The notes beneath the pieces were generated by a model. The model did not search any database and was not told where the DNA came from. It saw nothing but the letters and a program-made list of their open reading frames with translations. Shown in pieces: positions 30,040 to 39,818 of a stretch of DNA of 64,000 bases; the stretch's first letter is position 1, and each line of letters opens with the position of its first letter. A program made the translations under genes and the position numbers. The DNA is from an uncultured Hyphomicrobiales bacterium (GTDB taxonomy: Bacteria; Bacteroidota; Ignavibacteria; Kapaibacteriales; UBA2268). The stretch lies in NCBI GenBank assembly GCA_964637845.1, contig CAZWXI010000002.1:28667-92666 (forward strand), read 5' to 3'.

Positions 30040-33000
30040 GGTAACACAACAAATTTGTTTTTTCGTGTGAAAACTTCACGCCCGTCTGAGTTGGCTCCAC
30101 TGACTTCATAAGTATAAATACCCGGTGGTACCAAATTACCTATTTTGTCTCTGCCATCCCATTCCACACCTCCATTGCCGTTATTTTCCTGCAAACTAAT
30201 TATTTCAACTCCGTCTAAACTCATGATTTTCACAGTCGCGTAATTCGTAAGATTTGCAAAAAAGATTTTTGGCTCCTCGGATAACACAATTGGATGTGGA
30301 AATACGTAAGTATCTCTGAGGTCATCAGCCGATATAACAAAGCCCAAAGTATTGCCGGCGCCTTTTGTTATCGGTTTCCCTTCGGATGAAATTACATTGT
30401 AAGCACTGATTGTATAATCAAATCCTCGAGCACCTTTTTCACGCAAACTTTGACTAATGTTAAGGAGTACTTTGGTTGAGTCTGTTATACTCCTTTCTGC
30501 GTAAAGGACTTCACCGAAAGGTCTCATAACGTAATTATCCCTATTTGATGCAGTTCCGTTTTCGACTGGCTCTGAATACTCAAGCTCAAGTAATGTTGGG
30601 GCAAGGAATTGCAATTTAACGAGGAAAATTTCATCTGGTAGAACGCCTTCAGAGAATCTGAAATTTGCCGAATCCTTAGATACTAAGTTCCCGAATCTAT
30701 CACGGAAACTGTTTATAACTAATTTATATTCTACATCAATTTCAAAATCTTCGGAGAATGTTATAATTACAGTTGAATCATATTGCGTAATTGAACTCGA
30801 ACTCGTAGCGATGTAATTATTATTGTCATAAAGTAAAAATACACCCGCCGGGATATAATTATGAGGTAAAAATCCGCTAAATGCGACTTTCAGAGAATTA
30901 CTTGCTACATTAATGATACTGATGAATTTTGCAGGAGCAACCGTAATTATACTCGTAATATCAGTAAAATCACTAAAGTTGTCCTTTAATTTTGAATTAT
31001 AACTTCGCATGACGAATTCATATTCGCTGTTCGGTGTCATGTCATCAATTATTAGTTCATTACTGTCGGATTCAGCGATTAATATTGCGTCAATCCCGTT
31101 GTCAGTACGAACTAATTGATATATCAAGTACTCTTCGGCATCCGGCATCTTATCCCATGTGAGTTTTCCTCGGGTGTCAGTAACAGCCTCTCCGCGGAAA
31201 TTAGTTGGTACTCGAGGTCCTGCAAAATCTTTCCTGTATTCGAAAAAGCGCATTGAATTGAAAGTGGAAAAACCCAATTCATTCATCCCGTTACCATCAA
31301 TATCGGCAATGAGAGCAGAATTAGATAAGGTTGCGGGGTACCACCAAAATTTGTCAAAAGTCTTCGTTTTTTTATTGTATTTATAAACATACAAGTTCGG
31401 GAATGGCGAAAAGACAATTTCATCTCCGGGATCACCGTCCAAATCACCTGCTGCAACGCCGTTTCTATATCCGAATAATGTCCTGACGAAACCTTGTTTG
31501 ACGCCATAAAAGTGTTCTTTCCAAATCTCTTTGTAATTATTAAATCCATCTGATTTTAATACTCTCGCTGTCCAAATATTTGACGGAGCTTCATTGTTGG
31601 AGAATAAAACTTCGGATTCGGCAAACATGTGTATTATTTCTTTAACACCGTCACCCTCAATGTCTGCCGAGGTCAAAAACTGATTTGAATTGGAACGTTT
31701 CGAGGAATCTGCCCATTCAAGGGTGAATTTACCGTCTCTATACTCATAAATCATGACGTTGCTATTCGTGTTCACTATACACAGTTCAGTGTTGCCGTCA
31801 CCGTCTAAATCACCAATTGCCGAACCACGTGTTATCGGAACATTAAATAAATTATTCGGTAATTCGGCTGTGGTTTTTACTCTGTATTCGCCATTAGCGT
31901 ATTCGTATGCGATATAGTGTCTGTTCTGAACTTCATATCTATAGCCGATTAGATTAGCTTTACCGGTACCGTCTAAATCAAATATTTGTTCACCCCAAAG
32001 TGTTGTTCCGGGCTGATTTCTGAAAATTTGTTTTGCAAACGGGCTGTCTCCTCGAAAGTTACCTTGCTCGGCGACAGAATTGAATTGCGCAGTGGCAAAG
32101 ATTTCAGGTATTCCATCACCATTTGAATCACCCATACCAACGGGGATCCATGCCGCTGCGGATGTATCACGTAATTTCAATTCACCGTTCTGATATTGAT
32201 ATACCTTTGTGGTGCCGATATTCAAACTTGACAAATCATTTACTACAAATACCGGCTTACCGTCGCCATATAAATCATGATAATTGTTATTGATATAAGC
32301 ACGATGAATTGCGTACGGTTTGGGGTCAAAATTCGATGTTGTCCATACATCATTTTCAATCTCGAATGAAAATCTATGACTTACTAAATCTCCACCGTTA
32401 GTCATGACAGTTGCTATTCCCGCATATTTCAGCCCGGGACGGACATCTGTTATTTCTACGATATGGAATTGGCTTTTGTGACGCGATTGTTTTAGAAAAT
32501 GATAATCTTCATCGACCTCAGACTTATATTTTACAGTCATTGTCCCTTTTTTATTGGTCTTAGCGGCCATTAATATGATTCTTTTATCATTTGAAAATGC
32601 ATGTACGATATTGAAATATTCAAACCTTGCTGAATCTGCTTCATTACTAATATTTATAGTTATTCTTCGCTCGATAGTTTTTTTATTTTTTAATGTCACT
32701 TCCAGTGAGATGATATATTTTCCGCTTGTTAATTCGGAAATATCAACTGTTCCTAACTTGGCGTTAATCACTTGATTTTGATAAACATCGCTTTCTAACC
32801 AACTTTCGGGCAATACTCCTTTGCCGATTTTAAGTTTATAGCTATCAAATAATGGCGTGGCTACCGACCCCAAAATATCAATACTTGGAGTTCTTCTGAC
32901 GAAGAATTCTGCTTCATTCAGTGGTTGCGAAATGCTGAAAACAGATGCTCCGGCATAATTTACTGCTTCGTAAGCATCTAATATTCCCGCTCCATAGAAA

Positions 33001-34385
33001 ACATCCCATCCCTCTGCACCTGTATCTGTTGCGGTTGCTGTCAATATTCCATGAATCTCTTCAGGTTTGAGAGTGGGGTCGATTTCAAATAGCATTGCTA
33101 CTACTGCGGAAACATGAGGTGCGGCTATTGATGTACCTGAAACCAAAGCGTATTTAGCACCTGTTACTGTTGTCATTACTTGCTCTCCGGGAGCAGTCAA
33201 ATCAGTAAATGATCCGTAATTGCTTCTGCCGTATCTGCCTCCGCTCGAATTCGTTCCGCCAATATTAATTACCTCGGGATATATTGAAGGGTAATGTTCT
33301 CCGAACCAACCCGTATTCCCAGCTGATGTAATCATAACGCACCCAGCCGCATAAGCGAACTTTATTGCGTCGTACATAATTGGTGATTCATATCTTTCAC
33401 CAAAACTAAAATTCAATACTTTTGCTCCATTCATAACTGCATAGACTATCGCTTTGGCTATATCATCGGCTTCGGCGTTTCCCGATATGTCAAATGCTTT
33501 TGATGTCAACACCTTTGCCCCCGGTGCTACTGATGCAATACCGATATTATTGTTTGTTGTGGCTGAAATCACGCCCGATACACTAGTTCCATGGTCACCT
33601 TCGTCCTCTGGAATAGGGTCGGGGTCACGATAATCACCAAAGTTGACCACGTCTTGGTCAACGAAATCAAATCCGATTACATCGTCAATAAATCCGTTAC
33701 CATCATTGTCAATGCCGTCCAAATCTCCCGAAACGCCGTTTCTGATTTCTTTGGCGTTCCAAGCGTCAAACCTACCGTTACCGTTGATGTCTTCGGCTGT
33801 ATTTATCCACAATCCGCCGATTAGGTCTGGATGCTCGAAATCAATTCCGGTGTCAATTACACCTACTATGACTCCCTTGCCTGTGGCTTTTTCCCATGCT
33901 TTTAATGCGTTTACCTGCTTCAAATTCCATTGTGTATCAAATAATGAGTCATTCGTGCGGTTGCTTCTATTAATTTTATATATGTGATTTGGTGTTATGT
34001 TGACAAATGATATATCGTTTTCAAACAATTTTTGAAGACTGTCAATCTCTAAATCTGATTTTATTTCGTAATAATTTCCAAGCATATCCAAACGTATAAG
34101 TGCATCACGGCTTAAAAACTGCGATGAGGATTTGTTTGTGCTAAGTGTGCTCTCTGAAAATACATTATGGACTTGAATATTCAATTCGTTTATGAAAGTC
34201 TTTTGCTTTAAATCGCCCATGTACTTGAGAATGTAGCTTTTATTAGCTTGGGAGTAAGCACTTATCGAGAAAAAAGACGAAATCAAATGTGCGGATAAAA
34301 TTAATACTATACTTTTATTCAGTTGACTTAACATCATTACCTTTAAAATAATTGAGTGCCAATACATAGACGTAATGGCACTCAA
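30036..34385 (-). CDS. Secreted subtilisin-like (S8) serine peptidase with FG-GAP/VCBS calcium-loop repeats, Fn3-like and Ig-like domains and a T9SS C-terminal sorting domain
   Basis: Triad contexts VGVIDTGIDFEHPDL, HGTSVSGVISA, GTSIAAPHVSA. Six D.DGDG-type loops (GDSNGDGIPEI, FDLDGTGKANL, GDLDGDGNTEL, ADIEGDGVKEI, GDLDGDPGDEI, ADIDGNGMNEL). FlgD-Ig-like tail VEWDGRDKIGNLVPPGIYTYEV. The likely true start is an internal Met before the signal peptide MLSQLNKSIVLILSAHLISSFFSISAYSQA (about 34334). Confidence 0.85.
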   Translation of the reverse strand: MSAITSMYWHSIILKVMMLSQLNKSIVLILSAHLISSFFSISAYSQANKSYILKYMGDLKQKTFINELNIQVHNVFSESTLSTNKSSSQFLSRDALIRLDMLGNYYEIKSDLEIDSLQKLFENDISFVNITPNHIYKINRSNRTNDSLFDTQWNLKQVNALKAWEKATGKGVIVGVIDTGIDFEHPDLIGGLWINTAEDINGNGRFDAWNAKEIRNGVSGDLDGIDNDGNGFIDDVIGFDFVDQDVVNFGDYRDPDPIPEDEGDHGTSVSGVISATTNNNIGIASVAPGAKVLTSKAFDISGNAEADDIAKAIVYAVMNGAKVLNFSFGERYESPIMYDAIKFAYAAGCVMITSAGNTGWFGEHYPSIYPEVINIGGTNSSGGRYGRSNYGSFTDLTAPGEQVMTTVTGAKYALVSGTSIAAPHVSAVVAMLFEIDPTLKPEEIHGILTATATDTGAEGWDVFYGAGILDAYEAVNYAGASVFSISQPLNEAEFFVRRTPSIDILGSVATPLFDSYKLKIGKGVLPESWLESDVYQNQVINAKLGTVDISELTSGKYIISLEVTLKNKKTIERRITINISNEADSARFEYFNIVHAFSNDKRIILMAAKTNKKGTMTVKYKSEVDEDYHFLKQSRHKSQFHIVEITDVRPGLKYAGIATVMTNGGDLVSHRFSFEIENDVWTTSNFDPKPYAIHRAYINNNYHDLYGDGKPVFVVNDLSSLNIGTTKVYQYQNGELKLRDTSAAAWIPVGMGDSNGDGIPEIFATAQFNSVAEQGNFRGDSPFAKQIFRNQPGTTLWGEQIFDLDGTGKANLIGYRYEVQNRHYIAYEYANGEYRVKTTAELPNNLFNVPITRGSAIGDLDGDGNTELCIVNTNSNVMIYEYRDGKFTLEWADSSKRSNSNQFLTSADIEGDGVKEIIHMFAESEVLFSNNEAPSNIWTARVLKSDGFNNYKEIWKEHFYGVKQGFVRTLFGYRNGVAAGDLDGDPGDEIVFSPFPNLYVYKYNKKTKTFDKFWWYPATLSNSALIADIDGNGMNELGFSTFNSMRFFEYRKDFAGPRVPTNFRGEAVTDTRGKLTWDKMPDAEEYLIYQLVRTDNGIDAILIAESDSNELIIDDMTPNSEYEFVMRSYNSKLKDNFSDFTDITSIITVAPAKFISIINVASNSLKVAFSGFLPHNYIPAGVFLLYDNNNYIATSSSSITQYDSTVIITFSEDFEIDVEYKLVINSFRDRFGNLVSKDSANFRFSEGVLPDEIFLVKLQFLAPTLLELEYSEPVENGTASNRDNYVMRPFGEVLYAERSITDSTKVLLNISQSLREKGARGFDYTISAYNVISSEGKPITKGAGNTLGFVISADDLRDTYVFPHPIVLSEEPKIFFANLTNYATVKIMSLDGVEIISLQENNGNGGVEWDGRDKIGNLVPPGIYTYEVSGANSDGREVFTRKNKFVVLP

Positions 34386-34437
34386 ATCTTATATTGAACT
34401 TTTAGAATTTATTGATTCTAAGTTTAGTATTTAAACT

Positions 34438-36432
34438 TTATTTACTGTATAATGTTTTACTAATCGTTATATTTTCGGCACAATCAAGTTCTTGTACGAA
34501 TTCAATTGTTTTCAAGCCGGATTTACTGACGACTATTACATATTCACCCTTACAGATTTTTTCCCCAGTTGAAACTTTGCCCGACTTAGTCTCATACTGG
34601 TAAATAACTTTACCGTTTCGTCTCATTTGAATTTTTGCTCCATGTACCTCAGAACCATTTCCATCCAAAATTTCAAAGTTAATATTATTATCGCAGCACG
34701 GTTCCGTCGTTTTCTTGGGTTCTAATTTGAATTCACGAGCAACGGGTTTGTCGCAATTTTCAATGTAAACATAATCTTCTAGAACATTAAACTCACCATG
34801 AGCTATGCGGACCCAGTATTTGCGGAGGCATAATTTCTCGAAAACTACTTCGCCCGAACTGTTTGTTTTTAGCATGTTTGTATATTGATTGTCGGCTCTT
34901 GTGATTTTTACTTCGGCATTGGCAATTGGATTATTTGTTGATTTATCAGTAACGATAATCTGCAATTCTCCGCAGCAGTCGCCGCTTTGCTCTTTAGACA
35001 AAGTTTTAGTATAGCTGATGTTCTCTTTACAATCGAAAGATTGTTGAAACTCAATTGCTTTGTAGCCCTCTTTTTTAACCACAACGCCGTATTTTCCTTT
35101 ACAAATCTCTTCAAATTTTACCTTACCATCGGCATTTGTTTTACCTTCCTTTACAACTTTTCCATTCAAATAAAGCAGTACGATTGCATCTTTGATGGGA
35201 TTTTTATCATCATCTTGAATAATCAATTCTAACGAATTATCGCAGCAGTCGCCGCTTTGCTCTTTAGACAAAGTTTTAGTATAGCTGATGTTCTCTTTAC
35301 AATCGAAAGATTGTTGAAACTCAATTGCTTTGTAGCCCTCTTTTTTAACCACAACGCCGTATTTTCCTTTACAAATCTCTTCAAATTTTACCTTACCATC
35401 GGCATTTGTTTTACCTTCCTTTACAACTTTTCCATTCAAATAAAGCAGTACGATTGCATCTTTGATGGGATTTTTATCATCATCTTGAACAATCAATTCT
35501 AACGAATTATCGCAGCAGTCGCCGCTTTGCTCTTTAACTAATACTTTTTCGTGAGAGACGACTTCTTCGCATTCGAATGTGACGGTATATTCAATAATTT
35601 TGAACCCCTGCTTCTTGATGGCAACACCGTATTTGCCTTTGCATAGTTCGCTGAAAGATACTTTTCCGTCATTATTAGTATATCCGTCGTGGACTAATTT
35701 ACCATCACGATATAAAAGTACTTTTGTTTCGGCAATCGGTTTATTATCTTCATCCATTACCAATAAATTCAGAGTATTGTTACAACATTCTTCCGCTTCT
35801 TTTTTCTTTAATTTGATAGTCAAGTCTTTTGGGTCACAATTTTCCACGTAAAAATAATCCTCTTTGACTTGGTAACCTTCAAGAGCAACTCTCAGCCAAT
35901 ATTTACCTTTGCATAATTCCTCAAATTTCACACTACCATTGGCATTTGTATGCTTGATTTCAGAGAATTCATCGTTCTTGGTTATTTTAACTTCTACATT
36001 TTCTAATGGTTCATCGGATTCGTAATCAAGAACCGTGATATTTATAATGCCGCAACAACTGTCTTTTTCCATTAATTTGAAAACAACGGGACTTTTGCCT
36101 TTTTCAGCTTTGTGATTCTCATAAAATTCGGCAAAATTGCCTGTTTGTGTTGCAAAAATTTCGTGAGTAACACGATATCTAAGACCCTCCTTGTTGATTG
36201 GAATTGACTTCAACGTGAACATGCCTTTGTCGTTGGTGATATCTGAGGTAATTAGCTCTGTCTTGGCATCAAACAATTCAACTTTGGCATCTTTGACGGG
36301 CTTTTCCGCAGAATCAAAAACATATCCCGTAAAATCTTCTGTGGTTGCGGGGCTTGTCGAATTATCACTACATGATGATACGACAAAAATTGCTAATAAT
36401 GATAGTAAAAAAGTATATCTTAAAGTTTTCAT
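34438..36432 (-). CDS. Lipoprotein: N-terminal CarboxypepD_reg-like domain plus six ~90-aa Cys-Cys-initiated beta-sandwich-like modules
   Basis: Lipobox LLAIFVVSSC. Repeated blocks CC..(L/I)...(V/I).D......P(I/L)..A.V.......NG.V.F..(L/I)CKGKY...(V/I)...G(Y/F)........(F/E)(D/N)C. Confidence 0.7.
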   Translation of the reverse strand: MKTLRYTFLLSLLAIFVVSSCSDNSTSPATTEDFTGYVFDSAEKPVKDAKVELFDAKTELITSDITNDKGMFTLKSIPINKEGLRYRVTHEIFATQTGNFAEFYENHKAEKGKSPVVFKLMEKDSCCGIINITVLDYESDEPLENVEVKITKNDEFSEIKHTNANGSVKFEELCKGKYWLRVALEGYQVKEDYFYVENCDPKDLTIKLKKKEAEECCNNTLNLLVMDEDNKPIAETKVLLYRDGKLVHDGYTNNDGKVSFSELCKGKYGVAIKKQGFKIIEYTVTFECEEVVSHEKVLVKEQSGDCCDNSLELIVQDDDKNPIKDAIVLLYLNGKVVKEGKTNADGKVKFEEICKGKYGVVVKKEGYKAIEFQQSFDCKENISYTKTLSKEQSGDCCDNSLELIIQDDDKNPIKDAIVLLYLNGKVVKEGKTNADGKVKFEEICKGKYGVVVKKEGYKAIEFQQSFDCKENISYTKTLSKEQSGDCCGELQIIVTDKSTNNPIANAEVKITRADNQYTNMLKTNSSGEVVFEKLCLRKYWVRIAHGEFNVLEDYVYIENCDKPVAREFKLEPKKTTEPCCDNNINFEILDGNGSEVHGAKIQMRRNGKVIYQYETKSGKVSTGEKICKGEYVIVVSKSGLKTIEFVQELDCAENITISKTLYSK
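34971..35536. repeat. Near-perfect 270-bp in-frame tandem duplication (2 full copies plus 26 nt) inside the lipoprotein gene
   Basis: 34971-35240 and 35241-35510 are identical except T at 35220 versus C at 35490. 35511-35536 repeats the first 26 nt again. The antisense track ORFs 34987..35232 and 35257..35502 translate identically. Confidence 0.95.
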
Positions 36433-36520
36433 CTAAAACTCCCAAAAAAAGTGTAAATATTTGTTTCTTTATTAACACAATAATTGAAAAAAGATTACAC
36501 ATTATGAGTAAAAATTAATT

Positions 36521-38407
36521 TTACTCCTCAATAACTTCATAAATTTCTTCCAAAATAATCTCTTCAAGCATATCGTCGGTTACTTCCGGTCTGTTTGTAA
36601 TAGCCATCAAATTGAGTTGCTCGGGATTTTCATATAACTCGGGATTAAAAAATGCTTTCAACAGTTTGGCTGCAATCGGTGCTGCTATAGCTCCTCCAAA
36701 ACCCGCATTTTCGACAAACACACACATGGCGATTTGAGGGTCATTTTTAGGGGCGAAACAAACGAACCAAGCATGGTCTTTCCCCTGAGGATTCTGAGCA
36801 GTGCCGGTTTTTCCGCAAACTTCAACATCCGATATTCGTACTGATGCTGCTGTACCACCGGAGACATTGACGACATCAGACATACCATTTTTAATTACGT
36901 TTAAAATCCGCTCGTCGATAGGTATTTTTGTAGCATAATTCTCGAGTGGTTCGAGTTTGTTTGTTAAATTATTTCGAATATGTGTTACTACTCGTGGTCT
37001 GTAATAATATCCACCGTTAGCTATAGATGCTGTATAAGCTGCCATTTGCAATGGTGTTATCAAAATTTCACCTTGCCCGATGCCGTAATTTATCATGCGT
37101 CCCGTGAACGGAATTTTTCCGAACCGTTTCGTCAACCAATCTCGAGTCGGGATTAAACCAGATCTCTCATGCGGTAAATCAATACCTGTCTTGTAGCCAA
37201 AATTGAAGAGATTAGTATATTTTTCAAACAAATCAATTCCGAGTTTCATGCCCAATGTGTAAAAATACGTGTTGCAGGATGTTTGTATAGCTCTTCGGGC
37301 GTTTATATTACCGTGAGTTCCGTGACATTTCCAGAATCTACCACCGTAATTTAAGCCGCCGCTACAATGAATCGTAGTGTTTTCATCTATGATACCTTCC
37401 TGCAAAGCGGCGATTGCTATCAACATCTTCCATGTCGAACCCGGTGGATATTGCGATTGTATCGCCCGGTTGAGCATAGGCGATGCCGGGTCATTCATTA
37501 AACTGTTATAAAGACTTGCGGAAATTTTCCCGCTGAAATCTCTCGGGTCATAATCTGGTTTACTGACCATAGCCAGTACTGAACCATTGCCCGGGTCAAG
37601 TGCTACAATTGCTCCACGTCTATCTTTAAGGAGTTTTTCTGCATGTTCTTGCAGACGAATGTCAATACCTAAATATACATCAAAACCATTTTTAGAAGAA
37701 ATATCGCTTCTTCCGTTATCGAAACTCGAAACTTTTTGACCGAATTTATTCACGGTAACAAACTGCAAACCCTCTCTACCACGCAGATCGTCGTCATAAG
37801 TTAGCTCTATTCCCGATTGACCAATTTGGTCTCCTTGATATAGGAACGGTGTTCTTGCCAATTGCTCTTTGGATATCTCACGAGTATATCCGAGTACATG
37901 AGCCATATTTCCTTCAAATTCATATAAACGTTTAGAGTCTATCATAATCTCAACACCAGACAAATGGTCGCTATACTCCTCTATCAATGAGACGATTCTA
38001 AAATCTGCATCGCGATGTATCTTGATAGGTACAAATTTGGAGAATCCTTTGTTGGCATCTAATAATTTAATTATTTCAAGAGAATCAATGCCCAAAATTG
38101 AGCATAATAATGGAATTGCATTACGATGAAAGTCATTAGGCGTTAGTATTACCGAAAAAGAGGGCTCATTATGGACAAGCATATTACCATTTCTGTCAAA
38201 TACATTTCCTCGGAAAGGTTCAATTCTTACTGTTTTAATGGCTTGAGCTTCACTGTCAGAACGATATTTGTGACCTTCAACGACTTGTAGTTGAGCAAGT
38301 CGTCCGACAAACACAAGGAATACAAAAACAACGATTATTTTGAGGATTCTTCCTTTTTTCTGAACTCCCGGCGATGTACTATCGCCAAATCTAATATCAA
38401 TTGCCAT
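36521..38407 (-). CDS. mrdA: Penicillin-binding protein 2 (elongasome transpeptidase)
   Basis: N-terminal TM then RLAQLQVVEGHKYRSDSEAQAIK..RIEPFRGNVFDRNG. Active-site motifs PGSTWK (SxxK), SCN (SxN) and KTGTAQ (KTG). Acidic C-terminal tail. Confidence 0.9.
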   Translation of the reverse strand: MAIDIRFGDSTSPGVQKKGRILKIIVVFVFLVFVGRLAQLQVVEGHKYRSDSEAQAIKTVRIEPFRGNVFDRNGNMLVHNEPSFSVILTPNDFHRNAIPLLCSILGIDSLEIIKLLDANKGFSKFVPIKIHRDADFRIVSLIEEYSDHLSGVEIMIDSKRLYEFEGNMAHVLGYTREISKEQLARTPFLYQGDQIGQSGIELTYDDDLRGREGLQFVTVNKFGQKVSSFDNGRSDISSKNGFDVYLGIDIRLQEHAEKLLKDRRGAIVALDPGNGSVLAMVSKPDYDPRDFSGKISASLYNSLMNDPASPMLNRAIQSQYPPGSTWKMLIAIAALQEGIIDENTTIHCSGGLNYGGRFWKCHGTHGNINARRAIQTSCNTYFYTLGMKLGIDLFEKYTNLFNFGYKTGIDLPHERSGLIPTRDWLTKRFGKIPFTGRMINYGIGQGEILITPLQMAAYTASIANGGYYYRPRVVTHIRNNLTNKLEPLENYATKIPIDERILNVIKNGMSDVVNVSGGTAASVRISDVEVCGKTGTAQNPQGKDHAWFVCFAPKNDPQIAMCVFVENAGFGGAIAAPIAAKLLKAFFNPELYENPEQLNLMAITNRPEVTDDMLEEIILEEIYEVIEE

Positions 38408-39815
38408 TTTTGGAGATAATGTTAGAGTTTATTAAATTTTCCAATATACAAATAAACGAAATTACCATCGCAGTTACAAATAAACCGTCCCGATAGAAGA
38501 AAATTGGACCTGTGGAGTTTGCCAATAGTAAAGTTAGAAACAAGCCTATCGCGGAAAATGAAACGGATTTATGTATGTCGCTTCTTGCCTTTGGTATCAA
38601 ATTAATGGCTTTGAAAAGATAAAAAAGAAGAAAACTAAAATAAAATAGCGATAAAGGTATTCCTATTCGAAAAATAATATGAAGATATCCATTGTGAACA
38701 ACAGAGGTATGTAGAGTTTTCAAAGTAATTGGGTCATAAAAATGAAATTTCTTTGCTAATCCATAACCACCAAGAGGATTTTCCAAAATTTTTTGATTAA
38801 TTAGTTCCCATTCGACTAATCTGGCGTAAAGCGACATATCCTTAGTTAGTTTTCCAGCCGAAAAAAGTCGTTTTTTTACAACCTCATATAGTATTGTTAC
38901 ATTGTCTTTAAGAAAAATAAATGAAACGATGCTCATAAAGCTAATTATAAATGACATATATACTGCCATTCTTATCTTCTTTTGCATGGGAATGATAATA
39001 AAAAATACAATAGTTGATAAGATTAGAATTAACCAGAATGTTCGTGAAAAAGTAGTAATCAGAAAAAAGATTGATGAAGCAGCGAATATTAAAGAAAAAA
39101 TCTTCAATTTTATATCGTTCGTCATAATCAAAAAAATTAAACCCACCACAGATGATGCAGTATATAAGGTCTGATTTGCATTCATTGTATGTGCCATCTC
39201 ATATGCGTAAACTATCCTGACTGTAATACGTATGTAATAATCATATAATTGATAAATCCCTACACATAATATCACAAATGCGGCAAACAACAGATACTGT
39301 TGAAAATCTTTTTCAGTTTTTATTATATCGCGAATCGGAAAATAAAGTAACATTATGAACATTATTGTATATTCACGTATCCACATTTCTGGTGCTGTAT
39401 CATTTAAAATTGCTATAAATAGATTAAAAGGTAACAACAAAAAAAATGTCAATAAAAGCCAATCACCTTTGTTCCTTACAACTTTTTCTTTCTTAACAAA
39501 CAATTTGTAGGCAAACCACAAAATAACGCTGCCAATCAAATAAACACCTAACATTAAATCCACCACAGTAACACCATCACTTGCTGTATGAAAAAATATA
39601 CCGGCAAATACATTAAGTAAATACAGCCATGCTTTTGGTTTTTTAATAACTAAGTAAGCTAATGGGAATGCTAACAAGATGGGTATCAGAAAAATGCTGA
39701 GTTCAAAATATACCAGCAATAATGTTACTCCTAAGAACAGTACTGATAACAATAATATCAAATAGTGATTTGATTTACTGCCAAATATATTGGTATATTG
39801 CAGGGATACCGACAT
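38397..39815 (-). CDS. O-antigen ligase / Wzy_C-family polytopic membrane protein
   Basis: About 11-12 TM helices. The periplasmic-loop block NPLGGYGLAKKFHFYD....LHTSVVHNGYLHIIFRIGIPL resembles the Wzy_C motif (G.G....aHN.yL..l.e.G). No SEDS (RodA/FtsW) motifs seen. Confidence 0.6.
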   Translation of the reverse strand: MSVSLQYTNIFGSKSNHYLILLLSVLFLGVTLLLVYFELSIFLIPILLAFPLAYLVIKKPKAWLYLLNVFAGIFFHTASDGVTVVDLMLGVYLIGSVILWFAYKLFVKKEKVVRNKGDWLLLTFFLLLPFNLFIAILNDTAPEMWIREYTIMFIMLLYFPIRDIIKTEKDFQQYLLFAAFVILCVGIYQLYDYYIRITVRIVYAYEMAHTMNANQTLYTASSVVGLIFLIMTNDIKLKIFSLIFAASSIFFLITTFSRTFWLILILSTIVFFIIIPMQKKIRMAVYMSFIISFMSIVSFIFLKDNVTILYEVVKKRLFSAGKLTKDMSLYARLVEWELINQKILENPLGGYGLAKKFHFYDPITLKTLHTSVVHNGYLHIIFRIGIPLSLFYFSFLLFYLFKAINLIPKARSDIHKSVSFSAIGLFLTLLLANSTGPIFFYRDGLFVTAMVISFICILENLINSNIISKNGN

Positions 39816-39818
39816 ATT

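Noticed and set aside
34987-35502. Two identical 81-aa plus-strand ORFs (34987..35232 and 35257..35502) that could look like a duplicated small gene
   Set aside because: They are antisense to the long, well-supported lipoprotein gene. They are identical only because they lie in the 270-bp tandem duplication. Low-complexity Phe/Leu-rich translations are typical of antisense frames in AT-rich DNA.
34971-35536. Possible CRISPR array or minisatellite
   Set aside because: There are only two full copies, the unit is 270 bp with no spacers, and it is entirely in-frame coding sequence. No cas genes are in the window.
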